From NCBI GenBank assembly GCA_046861385.1, contig JBHHTW010000001.1:64001-128000 (forward strand): 64,000 bases of DNA. The letters run 5' to 3'. Below the pieces are notes generated by a model. The model had not been told where the DNA came from, ran no database searches, and saw nothing but the letters and a program-made list of their open reading frames with translations. Below, in pieces: positions 62,805-64,000 of the stretch (positions within the stretch are counted from its first letter, which is position 1; the number at the start of each line of letters is the position of its first letter). Source of the stretch: Fidelibacterota bacterium. Lineage in GTDB: Bacteria; Fidelibacterota; Marinisomatia; Marinisomatales; TCS55. Made by a program: the position numbers and the translations under genes.

Positions 62805-63956
62805 TTATGCGTTATGTTTTTGAACAGTTTCTAAAGCTTCTTGTGTGGGTTTATGGGTGATTTCACCATTATGAGTGAACAATGCACCGGAGATGATTTC
62901 GTCATCGAGATTCAAACTTATTTCACCCTCTGGACACAGGTGATTGATAAATGAAATGATATTTTTCGAATATAATTGAGATGCGTGCACGGACATAGTA
63001 GAAGGAAGGTTTAAGGTTCCGTCAATGATAACACCGTTTTCTATAACAACCTCTCCCGGAGATGTTAGTTCACAATTTCCTCCATTTTCCGCAGCCAAAT
63101 CCATAATTACAGCACCCGGCTTCATCACATCCACCATGTGCTTCGGAATCAGGATCGGTGCAGGTTTACCGGGAATCAAAGCGGTAGTCACTACCATATC
63201 TGATTTCGCAATATGCTCCTTAATTAATTCCTGTTGACGTTTTTTATAGTCTTCACTCGTTTCTTTTGCGTAGCCACCTTCACCGACACCATCATCAGTA
63301 CTAGTCTCGACTTCAATAAATTTCGCCCCTAAACTTTCAACCTGCTCTTTGACAACTGGTCGCACATCAAATGATTCAACTTGACCGCCCAATCGTTTTG
63401 CCGTTGCGATAGCTTGCAATCCGGCAACACCCGCTCCTAATATCAATACTTTTGCCGGCGGAATGGTTCCAGCGGCAGTCATGAGCAATGGCATATAAAC
63501 ACTCAAATGAGCGGCTCCCATTAATACTGCCTTATAGCCGGAAATATTACTTTGAGAGCTCAATGCATCCATGCTCTGAGCCAAAGTTATCCTGGGAATA
63601 TTGTGCATAGAAAAAGCAGATATGTTTTTTCTTTTGAGTTTTTTAACCTCTTCTAAATGTTTTGTCGTCGGGAAGAGTGAAACATACGTGATGCCGTTCT
63701 TAAATAGACCGATTTCTTCAATGTCAGCTGGAGCTACCTTTAATATCAAGTCAGCATCTGCTAATAAAAACTCACGATCTGAAATAATCTCTGCGCCCGC
63801 ATGTTGATAATTATCATCTGAAATATAGGAACCTTCACCCGCACCGGACTCAACCTTTACGGTCATCCCTTTTTTTACCATCGTTTTAACAGTAGCGGGA
63901 ACAGCCGATACCCGATGTTCACCTGGAGTTATTTCCTTAAGAATTGCAACGATCAT
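62805..63956 (-). CDS. pntAA: NAD(P) transhydrogenase alpha subunit part 1 (domain I)
   Basis: E.RV..VP, AQSMDALSSQ, GAGVAGL, GGYAKE, GGNCE; ATG 63956 after AAGGA. Confidence 0.95.
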   Translation of the reverse strand: MIVAILKEITPGEHRVSAVPATVKTMVKKGMTVKVESGAGEGSYISDDNYQHAGAEIISDREFLLADADLILKVAPADIEEIGLFKNGITYVSLFPTTKHLEEVKKLKRKNISAFSMHNIPRITLAQSMDALSSQSNISGYKAVLMGAAHLSVYMPLLMTAAGTIPPAKVLILGAGVAGLQAIATAKRLGGQVESFDVRPVVKEQVESLGAKFIEVETSTDDGVGEGGYAKETSEDYKKRQQELIKEHIAKSDMVVTTALIPGKPAPILIPKHMVDVMKPGAVIMDLAAENGGNCELTSPGEVVIENGVIIDGTLNLPSTMSVHASQLYSKNIISFINHLCPEGEISLNLDDEIISGALFTHNGEITHKPTQEALETVQKHNA

Positions 63957-64000
63957 AAATGGGTCCTTTAACACTTAATTAAAAGTTCAAGTATAGACAG

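Overview
This is an AT-rich bacterial chromosome segment, mostly + strand. The bat genes, the S4/L23/RpoB types and the secY-map-infA order suggest the FCB superphylum, possibly Ca. Marinimicrobia (inference only). In order it carries: the end of a bat cluster (batC/D/E-like) and a SPOR protein; a ~3.3 kb accessory islet (REC-PAS-PAS histidine kinase, a decayed toxin-antitoxin pair, many palindromes and short tandem arrays); yebC-ruvC-ruvA; a housekeeping run (aminotransferase, gcvT, epimerase, ftsK, lolA-like, flippase-like, gmhB-like, ddl, cysS); an uninterrupted ~31 kb translation/transcription superoperon (4 tRNAs, tuf, rpmG, tRNA-Trp, secE, nusG, rplKAJL, rpoBC, str, a second identical tuf, S10, spc, alpha); then a GHL10 glycoside hydrolase, a C69 peptidase, hutU/hutI, two small genes, a prenol kinase-DUF92 fusion, a methyltransferase, msrA and a three-gene pnt transhydrogenase. 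The strongest unexplained signal is a recurring cassette. Two divergent four-helix-bundle (23S-IVS-protein/Avd-like) genes are each bracketed by inverted arrays of short tandem repeats (8-nt period at one site, 7-nt at the other), and both genes are disrupted. At the hut site the repeat arms have become part of the hutU and hutI reading frames. Cargo-less or orphan arrays of the same style occur in the accessory islet. All calls come from reading the sequence and recognising motifs; no searches were run.
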